Shown: positions 46,801 to 47,880 of the stretch, piece by piece
Layout of the letters: the number at the start of each line of letters is the position of its first letter
Numbering within the stretch: the first letter of the stretch is position 1
Source of the DNA: Vermamoeba vermiformis
Taxonomy: Eukaryota
Reading direction: 5' to 3'
Length of the DNA stretch: 47,880 nt
Assembly: GCA_045837725.1 (NCBI GenBank)
Contig: JBEWZL010000196.1
Location: 1 to 47,880, forward strand
The notes under the pieces: generated by a model
Seen by the model: only the letters and a program-made list of their open reading frames with translations
What the model was told of the DNA's origin: nothing
Database searches by the model: none
Translations under genes and position numbers: made by a program

Positions 46801-47528
46801 ATGGCACAATGGTCTGAGAAGAACTCCTTGGAGTACTTAACGTTGATATGGAAGTTACTTAGCGTGCCTCCATCAGTAGCCACTGTATCTAAACTGCTAC
46901 CTCCCTGTTTGTTGGGGCGAGTGACAGGGCGGGTTTTGACTATCCCTGTATTTGGGTCAAGCAGGTCAAAGTCTAGGCAGCTTCCAAGTATGTTGTCATA
47001 GTGCTCATAGTACTGCTGATACCGGTAGTTTCCTTCCACCTTGTTGGGGTCAAAGTTTCTATCCATACCAACCAGGCATGGCACCTGGTTGTGTTGATAC
47101 TGTTCTATTTTCAGCTTAAGGAACGCTAGGTCCTCAATCATAGTGTCTCTATTTTGCGAGGCATAGTACGATCCAACTACTAACCTGTCTACTCCATTCA
47201 CCAGGACCAGGGCTATGGCTACATTGCCAGTTTGGGACGCATCTTTTTCAAGGACTGAGATGTCCTTGCTCCTAGTGATTAGTATAGCTGCCCCTCCGGC
47301 ACTATCCCTAATGCTGCTGACTTTCTTGAAGTTGTTGAACTCAAACTCTCTGACCGAGCTGTCACTGTGTGCTTCCTGTATTAGTAAAATATCTATTTTA
47401 AAGTCGTTGACCATTTTATTTATAGCTTTTCTTTTGGACAAGGATGATAGCCCATTGACATTTAAGGAAGATATACCTAGCGAGTGTGAGAGGGATTGAT
47501 GCCTAAAGTCTCGGATATTGAAACTCAT
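43878..47528 (-). CDS. LINE ORF2: APE endonuclease, reverse transcriptase and C-terminal CCHC-like motif
   Basis: SLNVNG, IQEAH, GMDRN, SDH (APE); KAPGPDG, WRPISL, DWEKAFD, GVRQGCPLSP, YADD, YLG (RT); CVLC...H...C. Confidence 0.95.
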   Translation of the reverse strand: MSFNIRDFRHQSLSHSLGISSLNVNGLSSLSKRKAINKMVNDFKIDILLIQEAHSDSSVREFEFNNFKKVSSIRDSAGGAAILITRSKDISVLEKDASQTGNVAIALVLVNGVDRLVVGSYYASQNRDTMIEDLAFLKLKIEQYQHNQVPCLVGMDRNFDPNKVEGNYRYQQYYEHYDNILGSCLDFDLLDPNTGIVKTRPVTRPNKQGGSSLDTVATDGGTLSNFHINVKYSKEFFSDHCAIHVALIKKVVNVGQPRWRITTATIYDNPFKEKLENVLKQPKPPNKKWVTHLDYIMKQVIELASNTQFDLNQKPQRKRDALRDAMTGIVTELCAEKDLENRWEAMQHLTLVSKLQHLKEQKESVQPYWRYRATKAERPTKHFFSRNRFKTSDPICNVKYQNRVTNDPDKMLEVFRDYYKELYAHKEVDERQLQESIDIAKKHHIQISAEDSAALSQDISEGDVEVAIKEMAPDKAPGPDGLTARLFKKHLTHWTPVLAKAFSEILITGKAPKCFEDADISLLRKKATPAEGTSPGDWRPISLTNTVYKIFAKVLALRLGPILGKIIGNHQTGFIPERDIRNNIILIQSIIEEAVLANENMALLFVDWEKAFDRVAHRAMHETLAGLGFPTAFTNAIKAIYRSCWARVAVNGHRSAPFQIRSGVRQGCPLSPMLFVIVNELLHCSILEDKSISGFKLDKQSKVVNSGYADDTALAATSEKDAERLMTHLNNFCKATAAKMNVNKSSVMTTGTWHQLNYIPAAFRGVQSVSINKGERYLGFKVGYQVSLDDYWQKAIKGSRMVLNRWNKAGLSLFAKAMVINSLALSKFWYLASISPPSDAVIKETEALIHRFMRGKRARCIISITDLTHPKSMGGIGIHKIRPKALGLQAAWVSKYLNPQVQLAWRPLMDKYFERSLDKNPIHPLLWDKPKRKEKTSRIFDHARAAWNIIGARNTDVQAKQWVGVIRGNKLEAPYIVKSISNNNAILGYHHSSKKRGQLTERKTALIPVTVLFSRRTKKVLEVQTPSEACQRASVRVDLPIQDPTGLPNKLVYHLMLEKLSGIKVRNVWKTDQLKLTPEYVSFYYIWVSGRVEPRRRLENGAVESHCVLCGEATNGSEHTLLHCKETEIFLRGRPLAGTVEANLKNNVRSAITNKDKVMRYRGKLTVILLKERLNCYWTSRINKTSTKEIYQRKVEFLEEIMHEIENKKNEGKRKQ

Positions 47529-47871
47529 TGGTTATCAATCGTACCCTGAGTACTGCCCTCCACAGTCTTAGGTGTATTCCCTCTTTTGTCTGGCTTGGCT
47601 TTGTCCTGTTTCTTGTCCTTGCTCTCTGGCTTGTTATTGTTCTTTTTACCTCTGGCTCTGGAGCGCTCAAGCTTGAAGGTATAATCTCTGCCGAATTTCT
47701 TGCTGAATGTTTTCCATTCTTTCGACTCTAGCTCTTTAATCGCGTCTTTTTTAGCTTCACGGTTGCCTCTTGGAAGAGGCAGTAGTACATATGATGCATA
47801 CACAGGGGCCTCTGAGACACGCGCCCGTTTGAGGTGAACTGGTCCTGTGTATGGGCGTCCTAGCATTGCGC
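47525..47871 (-). CDS. C-terminal part of LINE ORF1
   Basis: Basic tail whose stop TGA overlaps the ORF2 ATG (ATGA). 27051-27951 plus 47871-47525 totals 1248 nt, an uninterrupted 415-aa frame. Confidence 0.8.
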
Positions 47872-47880
47872 CAGTACGGC

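Larger units (their letters stand above)
43500..47880 (-). mobile_element. 3' part of an L1/Tx1-clade non-LTR retrotransposon (end of ORF1, ORF2, 3' UTR, short TTCA-repeat tail)
   Basis: Intact ORF2; ~380-nt 3' UTR ending AATAAAAA-TTCATTCATTC, then the TSD. Confidence 0.93.

Noticed and set aside
44038-47499. Plus-strand ORFs antisense to LINE ORF2 (and similar shadow ORFs over pol and host exons)
   Set aside because: Shadow frames of long coding regions with no recognisable motifs.

Overview
Eukaryotic nuclear DNA with short GT-AG introns and CTAAC/TTAAC branch points. The gene content (Zn2Cys6 factor, GABA-B/Grl-like family C GPCR, L1/Tx1-type LINE) suggests an amoebozoan-like protist; this is inference. 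Host genes: Zn2Cys6 transcription factor, NDUFS5, CMC1-like, a PSI-type membrane protein, a pepsin-family protease, a large NACHT-HEAT protein, a possible PD-(D/E)xK effector-like protein, a solute-binding-domain protein, UreD and several small membrane proteins. The main structure lies at 26.5-47.9 kb. One family C GPCR gene was hit in exon 1 by a full-length LINE (12-bp TSD AATGCTATTAGA) and in an intron by an intact Ty3/gypsy element (identical 134-bp LTRs, TSD ATGCA, putative -1 frameshift with pseudoknot). The ~20-kb block 27952-47871 is then inverted between 9-bp inverted repeats (GCCGTACTG at 27943-27951, CAGTACGGC at 47872-47880), which splits LINE ORF1 and the GPCR and probably truncates the solute-binding gene. 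Flipping the block restores ORF1 in frame and makes the GPCR parts colinear; also removing the LINE restores GPCR exon 1 in frame. The inversion may be real or an amplification/assembly chimera. Also present: a TIR/MITE cluster carrying gene fragments (5.5-7.7 kb), an unidentified ~755-nt highly structured minus-strand RNA candidate (44-798), and a homopolymer stretch that is probably an artefact (18.5-19.0 kb). All calls are from manual reading; no searches or folding programs were run.
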